Part shown: positions 12,321 to 22,379 of the stretch, piece after piece
Numbering within the stretch: position 1 is the stretch's first letter
How the letters are laid out: every line of letters starts with the position of its first letter
Assembly (NCBI RefSeq): GCF_054482525.1
Contig: NZ_CM137006.1
Length of the DNA stretch: 64,000 nt
Strand: one strand, 5' to 3'
Notes under the pieces: model-generated
Told to the model about the DNA's origin: nothing
Seen by the model: only the letters and a program-made list of their open reading frames with translations
Databases searched by the model: none
Made by a program: the position numbers and the translations under genes

Positions 12321-13078
12321 GCTGGCGTCTGGTCTATGCATCAACCGTTGGAACGTCGCACATCAGCGCGGACTTGCCTTGCCAGGATGCCTGCCAGATG
12401 CAGGTTGCCTGGTTAAATGACCAGCAGCCATTATTGTCGGTATTTGTCGCTGATGGCGCAGGCAGTGTCTCGCAGGGTGGCGAAGGCGCGATGCTCGCCG
12501 TCAATGAAGCGATGGCTTATATGTCGCAAAAAGTGCAGGGCGGGGAATTGGGGCTTAATGATGTCCTCGCCACGGATATTGTGCTGACCATTCGTCAGCG
12601 ACTTTTTGCCGAGGCAGAGGCCAAAGAATTAGCGGTTCGCGATTTTGCCTGCACATTTCTGGGACTGATTTCATCGCCTGACGGCACCTTGATTATGCAG
12701 ATTGGCGATGGCGGCGTGGTGGTAGATTTGGGTCACGGTCTGCAATTGCCTCTCACGCCGATGGTGGGTGAATATGCCAATATGACGCACTTCATTACCG
12801 ACGAAGATGCCGTTTCCAGACTGGAAACTTACACCAGTACTGAGCGTGCGCATAAAGTTGCAGCATTTACGGATGGTATTCAGAGGCTGGCGTTAAATAT
12901 GTTGAATAATTCTCCGCATGTGCCTTTTTTTACCCCGTTTTTCAATGGACTGGCGTCAGCAACGCAGGAACAACTCGATTTATTACCTGAATTGTTAAAG
13001 CAGTTTTTGTCCGGCCCGGCGGTAAACGAGCGTACCGATGATGATAAAACGTTGGCACTGGCGCTGTGGTTACCATGA
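12317..13078 (+). CDS. yegK: PP2C-family serine/threonine protein phosphatase
   Basis: 253-aa ORF with a GTG start overlapping the yegL stop (GTGA). PP2C metal-binding motifs [15 protein letters not shown] and ...FTDGIQ... are present. Confidence 0.85.
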   Translation: MSWRLVYASTVGTSHISADLPCQDACQMQVAWLNDQQPLLSVFVADGAGSVSQGGEGAMLAVNEAMAYMSQKVQGGELGLNDVLATDIVLTIRQRLFAEAEAKELAVRDFACTFLGLISSPDGTLIMQIGDGGVVVDLGHGLQLPLTPMVGEYANMTHFITDEDAVSRLETYTSTERAHKVAAFTDGIQRLALNMLNNSPHVPFFTPFFNGLASATQEQLDLLPELLKQFLSGPAVNERTDDDKTLALALWLP

Positions 13079-15015
13079 AACCCACTTTATATACTGCTAC
13101 TGGTGAGTGCGTTACGCCAGGCTGTGAACTGGGCAAAGGTGGCGAAGGCGCGGTTTATGATATCGAGGAGTTTGTCGATAGCGTCGCCAAGATTTATCAC
13201 ACGCCGCCACCCGCCTTAAAACAGGACAAACTTGCCTTTATGGCTGCGACAGCTGATGCGCAGTTGCTGAATTATGTCGCCTGGCCGCAGGCAACGCTTC
13301 ACGGTGGACGAGGCGGAAAAGTTATCGGTTTTATGATGCCAAAAGTTTCTGGTAAAGAACCGATTCATATGATCTATAGCCCGGCACATCGTCGCCAGAG
13401 TTACCCTCATTGTGCGTGGGATTTTCTACTCTATGTTGCGCGCAATATTGCGTCATCTTTTGCTACGGTTCACGAGCACGGGCATGTCGTGGGTGACGTA
13501 AACCAGAACAGCTTTATGGTAGGCCGTGACAGCAAAGTGGTATTGATTGATAGCGACTCCTTTCAGATTAACGCCAATGGAACGCTGCATTTATGCGAAG
13601 TCGGCGTGTCGCATTTTACGCCGCCAGAGCTGCAAACATTGCCATCATTTGTCGGCTTTGAACGCACCGCGAATCACGATAATTTTGGCCTTGCGTTGCT
13701 GATTTTTCACGTCTTGTTTGGTGGTCGGCATCCTTATTCCGGTGTACCGCTTATCTCTGATGCGGGTAATGCGCTGGAGACGGATATTGCCCATTTCCGT
13801 TATGCCTACGCGTCAGATAATCAGCGACGTGGTTTAAAACCGCCGCCACGATCGATACCGCTGTCGATGTTACCGGGCGATGTTGAAGCCATGTTTCAGC
13901 AGGCATTCACGGAAAGTGGCGTGGCAACCGGGCGTCCGACGGCAAAAGCGTGGGTATCAGCACTGGATTCTCTACGCCAACAGTTAAAGAAATGTACCGT
14001 TTCGGCAATGCATGTTTATCCTGCTCATTTGACCGACTGCCCGTGGTGTACGCTGGATAATCAAGGCGTTATCTATTTTATTGATCTCGGCGAAGAGGTC
14101 ATTACCACCAGTGGTGATTTTGTGCTGGCGAAAGTCTGGGCGATGGTGATGGCGTCAGTAGCACCGCCAGCATTGCAATTGCCATTACCCGATCATTTCC
14201 AACCGACTGGCCGGCCGCTTCCTTTAGGCCTGTTACGGCGCGAATACATCATTCTGATTGAGATCGCACTGTCAGCTTTATCGCTGTTGCTTTGCGGTCT
14301 TCAGGCAGAACCGCGTTATATTATTTTGGTTCCTGTGCTGGCGGCTATCTGGATTATTGGCAGTCTGACAAGCAAAGCTTATAAAGCAGAAATCCAGCAA
14401 CGCCGTGAGGCATTTAATCGCGCGAAAATGGACTATGACCATTTAGTCAGCCAGATCCAGCAGGTGGGCGGGCTGGAAGGTTTTATCGCCAAACGGACGA
14501 TGCTCGAAAAAATGAAGGACGAAATGCTCGGGTTACCGGAAGAAGAAAAACGTGCTCTGGCAGCACTTCACGACACCGCAAGGGAACGGCAGAAGCAGAA
14601 GTTTCTGGAGGGATTTTTTATTGATGTTGCCTCTATTCCCGGCGTTGGCCCTGCGCGTAAAGCGGCGTTACGGTCCTTTGGTATTGAAACAGCAGCGGAT
14701 GTTACCCGTCGTGGGGTTAAGCAAGTGAAAGGGTTTGGTGATCATCTGACCCAGGCGGTTATCGACTGGAAAGCGAGTTGCGAACGCCGTTTTGTGTTCA
14801 GGCCGAACGAAGCGGTAACGCCTGCAGACAGACAAGCGGTAATGGCAAAAATGACCGCCAAACGACATCGGCTGGAATCGGCGTTGACTGTCGGCGCGAC
14901 AGAGTTGCAGCGATTCCGCCTTCATGCTCCAGCACGGACCATGCCGTTGATGGAACCGTTACGTCAGGCGGCAGAAAAACTGGCTCAGGCGCAGGCTGAT
15001 TTAAGCCGTTGCTGA
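13075..15015 (+). CDS. yegI: Hanks-type Ser/Thr protein kinase-like protein with a predicted membrane segment and C-terminal helix-hairpin-helix-like motifs
   Basis: The ATG at 13075 overlaps the yegK stop (ATGA); the ORF track uses an in-frame GTG at 13066. Kinase-like motifs: glycine loop LGKGGEGAVY, VAK lysine, catalytic loop HVVGDVNQNSF, LIDSDSF. Hydrophobic stretch ...IILIEIALSALSLLLCGL...ILVPVLAAIWIIGSL..., then HhH-like GVGPARKAALRSFG and VKGFGDHL. Confidence 0.85.
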   Translation: MKPTLYTATGECVTPGCELGKGGEGAVYDIEEFVDSVAKIYHTPPPALKQDKLAFMAATADAQLLNYVAWPQATLHGGRGGKVIGFMMPKVSGKEPIHMIYSPAHRRQSYPHCAWDFLLYVARNIASSFATVHEHGHVVGDVNQNSFMVGRDSKVVLIDSDSFQINANGTLHLCEVGVSHFTPPELQTLPSFVGFERTANHDNFGLALLIFHVLFGGRHPYSGVPLISDAGNALETDIAHFRYAYASDNQRRGLKPPPRSIPLSMLPGDVEAMFQQAFTESGVATGRPTAKAWVSALDSLRQQLKKCTVSAMHVYPAHLTDCPWCTLDNQGVIYFIDLGEEVITTSGDFVLAKVWAMVMASVAPPALQLPLPDHFQPTGRPLPLGLLRREYIILIEIALSALSLLLCGLQAEPRYIILVPVLAAIWIIGSLTSKAYKAEIQQRREAFNRAKMDYDHLVSQIQQVGGLEGFIAKRTMLEKMKDEMLGLPEEEKRALAALHDTARERQKQKFLEGFFIDVASIPGVGPARKAALRSFGIETAADVTRRGVKQVKGFGDHLTQAVIDWKASCERRFVFRPNEAVTPADRQAVMAKMTAKRHRLESALTVGATELQRFRLHAPARTMPLMEPLRQAAEKLAQAQADLSRC

Positions 15016-15027
15016 GCCAGTTTTCAA

Positions 15028-16380
15028 TTAACGAAACACCACTTCCGCCCAGCGTGCCAGCCCGGCGGTGACGGAGCCAAAGTCATCGCCACCTGCAATC
15101 GGAATGCCCGGCAACTGTTCTGTCAGCGCTTTTTTAATCAGCGGTGAACGGGCGCTACCGCCAGTTAGGTAGATAACGTCCGGTTTTTCCTGGGCGTTAT
15201 CCAGCGCCAGTTGCACCTGTTCCAGAATCCGCGCCAGTGGCTGGTTGAGGGCGCTTTCCAGCCCTTGCTGGCTAATCAGCGTAGCCAGTTCATCGCTGAT
15301 AAACGGTAGTGAGGCGCGGGTTTCCGCTACGCTTGAAAGGGCGATTTTGCTCTCTTCTGCACTGCGCACCAGGCGATAGCTTAAACGCTGACGCCAGACT
15401 TTCTGTAACAGGGCCACTTTTTCCGGTTCGCGGGCATCGCGTACCAGATCGTTAAGCAGACGACCGTTGGCACTACTGTAGAAATCACTTTGCGCAGGTA
15501 CGTCGTTGATGGCAACCGCATTCCACCACGGCAGAATCGGCAGGGCGATGCCTTTTTCGGTTTCGCCACCCATGCCAAGTAACGGCATCAGGTTTTTAAA
15601 CGCCAGCGCGATATCCAGATCGTTACCACCAATACGGCAACCACTGTGACCCAGCAGGCTGGCTTCACGATCGAGACGCGAACGCCACTGCGGCCCCATC
15701 AGCAGCAATGAACAGTCAGTCGTACCACCGCCGATATCCACCACCAGCACCCGTTTTTCTTCCTGCAAGGTGGCTTCGTAATCCAGCCCAGCCGCGACCG
15801 GCTCGTACTGGAATACCACATCCTTAAACCCGGCACGCTTTGCCGCGCGTTCCAGAATCCCTTGCGCCTGGGTGTTTGCTTCATCGCCGCCCAGCCCCTG
15901 GAAGTTGATCGGGCGACCAATCACCGCCTGAGTAATCGCATCCGGCAGCTGCGCCTGCGCCTGCTGGCGAATGTGCAACATCATTGCGCAGACCAGATCC
16001 TCAAACAGCGCTACCTGCTGCGGTTTTAAGCCGCTGGCACCGAGGAATGATTTTGGTGATTTCACAAACCACACCTCTTCTGGATCATCAATGTACTGTG
16101 CCAGTGAGGAAAGACCGAACTGCACGCTTTTCGCCGTAACATCGATATCTTCTTCGCGGTTATAACGAATCGCCCGACGCAACAGCGCCTGCGTTTCATC
16201 GTCGTCTGCCGGAACATCATGATGGCGGTACAGCCATTCGCTTACCGCTTCACGCGTTGGCGCGCAAAGCATTGAAGGCAGCAGCGTGCTGTCGTTTTCC
16301 ATTTTCAGTAATTGCGGCTTACCGTCGCGCATGACCGCCACTGAACAGTTTGCTGTACCGTAATCAAAACCAATAAACAC
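15028..16380 (-). CDS. yegD: Hsp70/actin-fold ATPase family protein (DnaK-like, lacking the substrate-binding domain)
   Basis: The ORF track gives 471 aa. I place the start at a GTG (reverse complement of 16378-16380) giving 450 aa beginning FIGFDYGTANCSVAV, the Hsp70 phosphate-1 motif; later motifs VVDIGGGTTD and DVIYLTGGSARSPLI are present. Confidence 0.8.
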   Translation of the reverse strand: MFIGFDYGTANCSVAVMRDGKPQLLKMENDSTLLPSMLCAPTREAVSEWLYRHHDVPADDDETQALLRRAIRYNREEDIDVTAKSVQFGLSSLAQYIDDPEEVWFVKSPKSFLGASGLKPQQVALFEDLVCAMMLHIRQQAQAQLPDAITQAVIGRPINFQGLGGDEANTQAQGILERAAKRAGFKDVVFQYEPVAAGLDYEATLQEEKRVLVVDIGGGTTDCSLLLMGPQWRSRLDREASLLGHSGCRIGGNDLDIALAFKNLMPLLGMGGETEKGIALPILPWWNAVAINDVPAQSDFYSSANGRLLNDLVRDAREPEKVALLQKVWRQRLSYRLVRSAEESKIALSSVAETRASLPFISDELATLISQQGLESALNQPLARILEQVQLALDNAQEKPDVIYLTGGSARSPLIKKALTEQLPGIPIAGGDDFGSVTAGLARWAEVVFR

Positions 16381-16513
16381 GAAATAATCCCCATGCCGGT
16401 GAAGAAGGGGCGTGACTTTAGCGAAATGTTGCCGTCGCGACAACCGGAATATGAAAGCAAAGCGTAGCGTCTGAATAACGTTTATGCTGAAAGCGGATTA
16501 ACAAGGAGATGCG

Positions 16514-17371
16514 ATGTATACCCTGAACTGGCAGCCGCCATATGACTGGTCGTGGATGTTGGGATTTCTCGCCGCCCGTGCGGTGAACGGTGTGGAAACG
16601 GTCGCTGACGATTATTATGCCCGTAGTCTGGCGGTGGGCGAATATCGCGGCGTGGTGACTGCTATTCCGGATATAGCCCGCCATACTCTGCACATAAATT
16701 TAAGTGCAGGTTTAGAACCTGTTGCCGCAGAGTGTCTGGCGAAAATGAGCCGCCTGTTTGATCTGCAATGTAACCCGCAGATTGTTAACGGTGCGTTGGG
16801 CAAGTTAGGCGCGGCGCGGCCCGGATTGCGTTTACCCGGCAGTGTTGATGCTTTTGAGCAGGGCGTGCGGGCGATTTTAGGCCAACTGGTGAGCGTGGCG
16901 ATGGCGGCAAAATTGACCGCCAGAGTGGCACAGCTTTATGGCGAACGGCTGGATGATTTTCCGGATTATGTCTGCTTCCCCACGCCTCAGCGGCTGGCTG
17001 CAGCCGACCCGCAGGCATTAAAAGCGTTAGGTATGCCGTTGAAACGGGCAGAGGCACTGATTCATCTGGCAAATGCGGCGCTGGAGGGCACCTTACCAAT
17101 GACAATTCCGGGCGACGTAGAGCAAGCGATGAAAACGCTGCAAACTTTTCCGGGTATCGGGCGCTGGACGGCGAATTATTTCGCCTTACGTGGCTGGCAG
17201 GCGAAAGATGTTTTCCTGCCGGATGATTATCTGATTAAACAGCGATTTCCGGGAATGACACCGGCACAAATCCGCCGTTATGCCGAACGCTGGAAGCCCT
17301 GGCGTTCTTATGCGCTGTTGCATATCTGGTATACGGAAGGCTGGCAACCAGACGGAACGGACGAATTGTAG
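16514..17371 (+). CDS. alkA: DNA-3-methyladenine glycosylase II
   Basis: 285-aa ORF starting MYTLNWQPPYDWSWMLGFLAARAV, with an HhH-GPD glycosylase signature (FPGIGRWTANYFALRG). The 285-aa length agrees with my recollection of AlkA (~282 aa). Confidence 0.9.
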   Translation: MYTLNWQPPYDWSWMLGFLAARAVNGVETVADDYYARSLAVGEYRGVVTAIPDIARHTLHINLSAGLEPVAAECLAKMSRLFDLQCNPQIVNGALGKLGAARPGLRLPGSVDAFEQGVRAILGQLVSVAMAAKLTARVAQLYGERLDDFPDYVCFPTPQRLAAADPQALKALGMPLKRAEALIHLANAALEGTLPMTIPGDVEQAMKTLQTFPGIGRWTANYFALRGWQAKDVFLPDDYLIKQRFPGMTPAQIRRYAERWKPWRSYALLHIWYTEGWQPDGTDEL

Positions 17372-17392
17372 GCCTGATACGCCGCATCAGGC
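17372..17392. repeat. REP-like palindrome between the convergent alkA and dgcE genes; probable bidirectional terminator
   Basis: GCCTGATACGCCGCATCAGGC is an inverted repeat (GCCTGAT / ATCAGGC) immediately after the alkA stop. Confidence 0.6.
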
Positions 17393-17408
17393 GATGGGGA
17401 AGCACGCC

Positions 17409-20400
17409 TTAGTTAATCGCGAAATAACTGCTATTCACCAGCAAATCCAGCGGTTGGGCATCGGCAATCACATCGCCATAAATCAGATCGACGCCGATGC
17501 CAGAAAGCGTATCCATCACCAGGGGTAAAACTACTGGCCCGGCGATGGTCTTCATCCCGAGCCGCTGAGCGTGCCCCTGAATGATCGTAATCAGCATCTC
17601 ATCCATCAAATTTCCCTGCACGTTGGCGCATAACTCACCATCAAGTAGCAGGTAATCTGCCATATTCGCTTTCAGCGAGTTGAAGATTTGCAGATCGCGG
17701 CCCACCTGACTGAATACGATCCGACATCCCGCCAGCCGCAGTTTTTGCACGTTTTCTGCGTGATCTAAAATCGCGTCTGCCGGAATAATCAGATGTAATA
17801 ACCGTGGTGGTAGAGGGCTATTTTCCAGCTGCTCAAGTAGTTCATTCACCAGCGTGGCGCTACTCAAACCGGCAACGGAAAGGGGGAGGGCGATGCTTAA
17901 GCCTTTACTGGCAACCGCTTTTGCGGCCTGCTGGAAAAAATCGTGGAATACCCGTCGGTCAAGAGCATGGCTAAGTGCCGGATCGCTGAAGCTACGACGA
18001 AATGTTTGTTCATCAATAATCTCGCCTTCGCAACTCCAGAGCTTAAGTGAAATCAGCCACAAATTACGTGCTTCCGGGATCCGCGGCGAAGCGACACCGT
18101 GGGCGATCATCATCAACTGATTTTCTTTAATCATCCGCCACTGTTCATCAAGCGATATCGCCGCCCGTTCGCTATGTGTGGCAGCTTGCTGCGGTTCGTA
18201 AATCGTCACCCGGCCCCGTCCACCATTTTTGGAGGCATAACAGGCGATATCAGCCTGCGACATCACTTCAGCTGCCTGATGATTGTTGTCATCAATCAAG
18301 GTAATCCCGGCACTGGCACCTACCCGATGTACTCGTCCTTCCCAGATAAAGTGATAGTCATTCACGGCGCTGATAATGCGTGTAGCGATAAAACGCGCAC
18401 TTTCTACATTACAATCTGGCAGCAGCAGACCAAATTCATCGCCACCGAGTCGCGCCAGCACGTCGCTGGAGCGCAGCATACTCAGCATCAACGACGCCAG
18501 TTCGCGCAGCAAAGCGTCGCCAGCGGCGTGCCCGGCGCTGTCATTCACCGCTTTAAAGCGATCAAGATCGATAAACACCAGTGCATGTCGCTGATGTGTA
18601 CTGTTTACCGTTTGCAGCAGGATGCGTAGTTGCTTCTCAAAACTGGCGCGATTGGCGAGATGCGTCAGTGCATCATGGGAGGCGCTGTAGCTCAGCTGGC
18701 GCAGCATTTTGCGTGATTCGGTGACGTCCTGAATCACCAGAACCGAGCCTATATTGCTGCCGTCCAGAGTACTTAACGGCGTAATACTGTAATGCACGTC
18801 GTAGCTGCCGCCGCTCCGACAGTGCAACACCACATCTTGTTCAATCGCGGAACGTGAGGTGTCGGCACTGTAAATGTTCTCCATTAATGGTCCGTTGTCG
18901 CCAAAAGTAATATGCAACACCGTCAGGAGCGGAACACCTAATGCTTCTTCCTGCGTCCAGCCGCTCATCTTCTCCGCCACCGGATTCATAAAGGTAATTT
19001 TCATCGCCATATCAATACAGACCACGGCTTCACCGATGGAGTCCAGCGTAATGTGCAGGCGCTCTTTTTCCTGAAACAATGCCTCGTTAAGCTGTTTCAC
19101 TTCGGTCATATCCATATTAATGCCGAGCAGGCGTTCGACTTCGCCTTCTTTATTCAGTACCCGGTTAGCGAGGGCGCGGATATGGCGGATGCCATCTTTC
19201 ACGGCAATGCGAAATTCCAGCTTAAAGGGCGAGCGTGATTGCAACGAATCACGAATCACTTTTTCGGCATGCTGGCGATCTTCCGGCAGCACGCACTCGT
19301 ACCACACCTGCCAGTTCGGTTTGATATGTGGAGGAATTTCATACAGCTCGAACATCCGCTTATCCCAGCTAAAAATATTCGGCTTCAACTCCCACTCCCA
19401 GATGCCAATCCCGCCCGCTTCGTTAGCCAGCGTGATGCGCTCCATCAGTTGCTGGTTCACCTGTTCGGTGCGTTTTAGCTCGTTAATGTCTTCAATCTGA
19501 GCGATAAAATAGAGCGGCGTACCATCGGTGTGGCGCACCAGTGAGACGGCAAGCAACGCCCAGACAACATCGCCATTGCGGTTGTAGTAGCGTTTTTCCA
19601 TTGAATAGGTGTTTATTTCACCGCTGATCAGCTTTTCAACCTGTTGCAGATCTTTATTGAGATCCTCCGGCCAGGTCAGTTGCTGAAAGGTGAGTCCGCG
19701 CAGTTCTTCCTGACTGTAACCGAGAAACTGGCAGAGCGCTTTGTTGGATTGCAGCCATTGCCCCTCGGTGCCCACTAATGCCATGCCGATGGCGGAATAT
19801 TCCATCGCGTTACGAAAGCGGGTTTCGCTTTCAGAGATGTGTTTGCGTTCCGCACGAAAGGCATACATCACCATCGTCATGATGTTGGCGGGCAGCAGGA
19901 TCAGCAAAAACGGTAGCCACGGCATATGGCTCATCAGGTATGTACGCGGCGTAGCAAGCAGGGAGGGATCCGCGGCCATCATCAGTGACACCATCATCAC
20001 CGTGGTAAGGAAGATCAAAAAGGCTTCCATTCGTGGCAGGCGCACGGCGCTCCACATCAACAGCACAATAATGAAAGTAAAAGGCCACGGCAGATACAGC
20101 ATCGAAAGCCAGCTTAACGTCAGTGTGATGGCCAACGTGAGCAGCGACTCAAAAAGCAACCGTGGGTTGCGATGGCGCAGCAGATAGTGTGGTTTAAATA
20201 ACAATCCCAGTGGCACCAGTGCCAGTGCGCCGATGGATTCTGACAGTACCCATATCAAAAATGCCCTGAGAGGATCGTCTCCGGGCGTCAGCAGGATAAC
20301 CAGAACACCCCCTAACAGAGGTGGAACAATGGCGCTGCCGAGTGCCAGACGCAGCCAGTCAGCCAGATTTTGCAATGGGTTATACCACGGCAGCAATATA

Positions 20401-20726
20401 CGCAGTAGCACTGCTCCGACCACGGCTTCAACAATATTGATGGTCGTCCAGGTCATGTTCAGCGAGCTGGTGGAAAAAAGCAGGATGGATGCGGCGATAT
20501 TTCCCAGCGAGCAGCTCAGCGCAATCCCCGGCCACATGCGCCCGGCATGGCGATAAAACGCCACCATCATGATGGACGTCGGGAACCACAGTGGGGCGAG
20601 TTGGGTGCCAAATTGCGAAAGCTCAAGCGAGAAAAGGGTAAAGATAAACGAGACTAAACCTAAACTGACCAGGTGAAGCAGCGGGTGGGGCAGGGCAATT
20701 AATACATGCTGTGATTGTTTGCTCAT
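17409..20726 (-). CDS. dgcE: Diguanylate cyclase DgcE: membrane sensor domain, PAS domains, GGDEF and EAL domains
   Basis: 1105-aa ORF with a multi-pass hydrophobic N-terminus, PAS-like repeats, a GGDEF motif (RLGGDEFGLLL) and a C-terminal EAL-like region. Length matches E. coli YegE/DgcE. Confidence 0.9.
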   Translation of the reverse strand: MSKQSQHVLIALPHPLLHLVSLGLVSFIFTLFSLELSQFGTQLAPLWFPTSIMMVAFYRHAGRMWPGIALSCSLGNIAASILLFSTSSLNMTWTTINIVEAVVGAVLLRILLPWYNPLQNLADWLRLALGSAIVPPLLGGVLVILLTPGDDPLRAFLIWVLSESIGALALVPLGLLFKPHYLLRHRNPRLLFESLLTLAITLTLSWLSMLYLPWPFTFIIVLLMWSAVRLPRMEAFLIFLTTVMMVSLMMAADPSLLATPRTYLMSHMPWLPFLLILLPANIMTMVMYAFRAERKHISESETRFRNAMEYSAIGMALVGTEGQWLQSNKALCQFLGYSQEELRGLTFQQLTWPEDLNKDLQQVEKLISGEINTYSMEKRYYNRNGDVVWALLAVSLVRHTDGTPLYFIAQIEDINELKRTEQVNQQLMERITLANEAGGIGIWEWELKPNIFSWDKRMFELYEIPPHIKPNWQVWYECVLPEDRQHAEKVIRDSLQSRSPFKLEFRIAVKDGIRHIRALANRVLNKEGEVERLLGINMDMTEVKQLNEALFQEKERLHITLDSIGEAVVCIDMAMKITFMNPVAEKMSGWTQEEALGVPLLTVLHITFGDNGPLMENIYSADTSRSAIEQDVVLHCRSGGSYDVHYSITPLSTLDGSNIGSVLVIQDVTESRKMLRQLSYSASHDALTHLANRASFEKQLRILLQTVNSTHQRHALVFIDLDRFKAVNDSAGHAAGDALLRELASLMLSMLRSSDVLARLGGDEFGLLLPDCNVESARFIATRIISAVNDYHFIWEGRVHRVGASAGITLIDDNNHQAAEVMSQADIACYASKNGGRGRVTIYEPQQAATHSERAAISLDEQWRMIKENQLMMIAHGVASPRIPEARNLWLISLKLWSCEGEIIDEQTFRRSFSDPALSHALDRRVFHDFFQQAAKAVASKGLSIALPLSVAGLSSATLVNELLEQLENSPLPPRLLHLIIPADAILDHAENVQKLRLAGCRIVFSQVGRDLQIFNSLKANMADYLLLDGELCANVQGNLMDEMLITIIQGHAQRLGMKTIAGPVVLPLVMDTLSGIGVDLIYGDVIADAQPLDLLVNSSYFAIN

Positions 20727-21043
20727 TACCGCTTTATCCGCAAGACCAGGTCGCCAGTATTCGTTTCTGTGTTTATGCTAGTACAAAAGTTTTACATTTT
20801 ATATGCGAATTGCTCATAAAGTGACGTAAAGGCGGATAATTTGCGCAACTGCGTATAACATTTTTTACCTTGCATTAAAACTGAACAACGTAATTTGCCA
20901 CCGGGAATTATTCGTCAACAATTACTCTGAGCGCGCGGCAACGCTATTCGACTGGTATCAGGCGGATGAAATCCCTATAATTGCCGCGTTTGGCGCTTCG
21001 TCGCCCCCTTCCTAACATCCAGGTTAATCAGGTCGCTAAATAT

Positions 21044-21685
21044 ATGACTGATCAGTCTCATCAGTGCGTCATTATCGGTATCGCTGGCGCATCGGCTTCC
21101 GGCAAGAGTCTTATTGCCAGTACCCTTTATCGTGAATTACGTGAGCAAGTCGGTGATGAACACATCGGCGTAATTCCCGAAGACTGCTATTACAAAGATC
21201 AAAGCCATCTGTCGATGGAAGAACGCGTTAAGACCAACTACGACCATCCCAGCGCGATGGATCACAGCCTGCTGCTTGAGCATTTACAAGCATTGAAACG
21301 CGGCTCGGCCATTGACCTGCCGGTTTACAGCTATGTTGAACATACGCGTATGAAAGAAACGGTGACGGTTGAGCCGAAGAAAGTCATCATTCTCGAAGGC
21401 ATTTTGCTGCTGACGGATGCGCGTTTGCGTGATGAACTTAACTTCTCAATTTTCGTTGATACCCCGCTGGATATCTGCCTGATGCGCCGCATCAAGCGTG
21501 ACGTTAACGAGCGTGGGCGTTCAATGGATTCAGTGATGGCGCAATATCAAAAAACCGTGCGTCCGATGTTCCTGCAATTCATTGAGCCTTCTAAACAATA
21601 TGCGGACATTATCGTGCCGCGCGGCGGGAAAAACCGCATCGCCATCGATATATTGAAAGCGAAAATAAGTCAGTTCTTTGAATAA
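21044..21685 (+). CDS. udk: Uridine/cytidine kinase
   Basis: I place the start at the ATG at 21044 ([22 protein letters not shown], Walker A), giving 213 aa. The ORF-track extension from 20981 has no support. Confidence 0.9.
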
Positions 21686-21776
21686 GCTTGATAAATTGTG
21701 TACCGTTCAGTGATAACCTGGTATGCCCTTGACGTAATTGGCGTTAAGGGAGTGATGCGCGAAAGGAGAAAATGCC

Positions 21777-22358
21777 ATGCGTCTGTGTGACCGAGATATT
21801 GAAGCCTGGCTTGATGAAGGCCGTTTGTCGATCAACCCACGTCCGCCAGTGGAGCGTATTAACGGCGCGACGGTGGATGTGCGCCTGGGCAATAAATTTC
21901 GTACCTTCCGTGGTCACACGGCAGCGTTTATCGATCTGAGCGGTCCCAAAGATGAAGTGAGCGCCGCGCTTGACCGCGTGATGAGCGATGAGATCGTTCT
22001 CGATGAAAGCGAGGCGTTCTATCTTCACCCAGGAGAGCTGGCGCTGGCGGTGACGCTGGAGTCGGTGACGCTGCCAGCCGATCTGGTGGGCTGGCTGGAC
22101 GGGCGTTCCTCATTGGCGCGTCTGGGGCTGATGGTGCACGTCACCGCGCACCGCATCGATCCGGGCTGGTCTGGCTGCATTGTGCTGGAGTTCTACAACT
22201 CCGGTAAGCTGCCGCTGGCGCTGCGTCCGGGCATGTTAATTGGTGCGCTGAGCTTTGAGCCGCTTTCCGGCCCGGCGGCGCGACCATACAACCGCCGCGA
22301 AGATGCGAAATATCGCAACCAGCAGGGCGCGGTAGCCAGCCGAATCGATAAAGACTAA
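21777..22358 (+). CDS. dcd: dCTP deaminase
   Basis: 193-aa ORF starting [19 protein letters not shown], immediately downstream of udk as in E. coli. Confidence 0.92.
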   Translation: MRLCDRDIEAWLDEGRLSINPRPPVERINGATVDVRLGNKFRTFRGHTAAFIDLSGPKDEVSAALDRVMSDEIVLDESEAFYLHPGELALAVTLESVTLPADLVGWLDGRSSLARLGLMVHVTAHRIDPGWSGCIVLEFYNSGKLPLALRPGMLIGALSFEPLSGPAARPYNRREDAKYRNQQGAVASRIDKD

Positions 22359-22379
22359 TTCAGGCCCATTGAGGATACC

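Noticed and set aside
20727-21043. ORF-track extension of udk from 20981 and the intergenic region between dgcE and udk as possible extra coding sequence
   Set aside because: The extension lacks an SD and the conserved kinase N-terminus begins at 21044. The region is better explained as divergent promoters for dgcE and udk.
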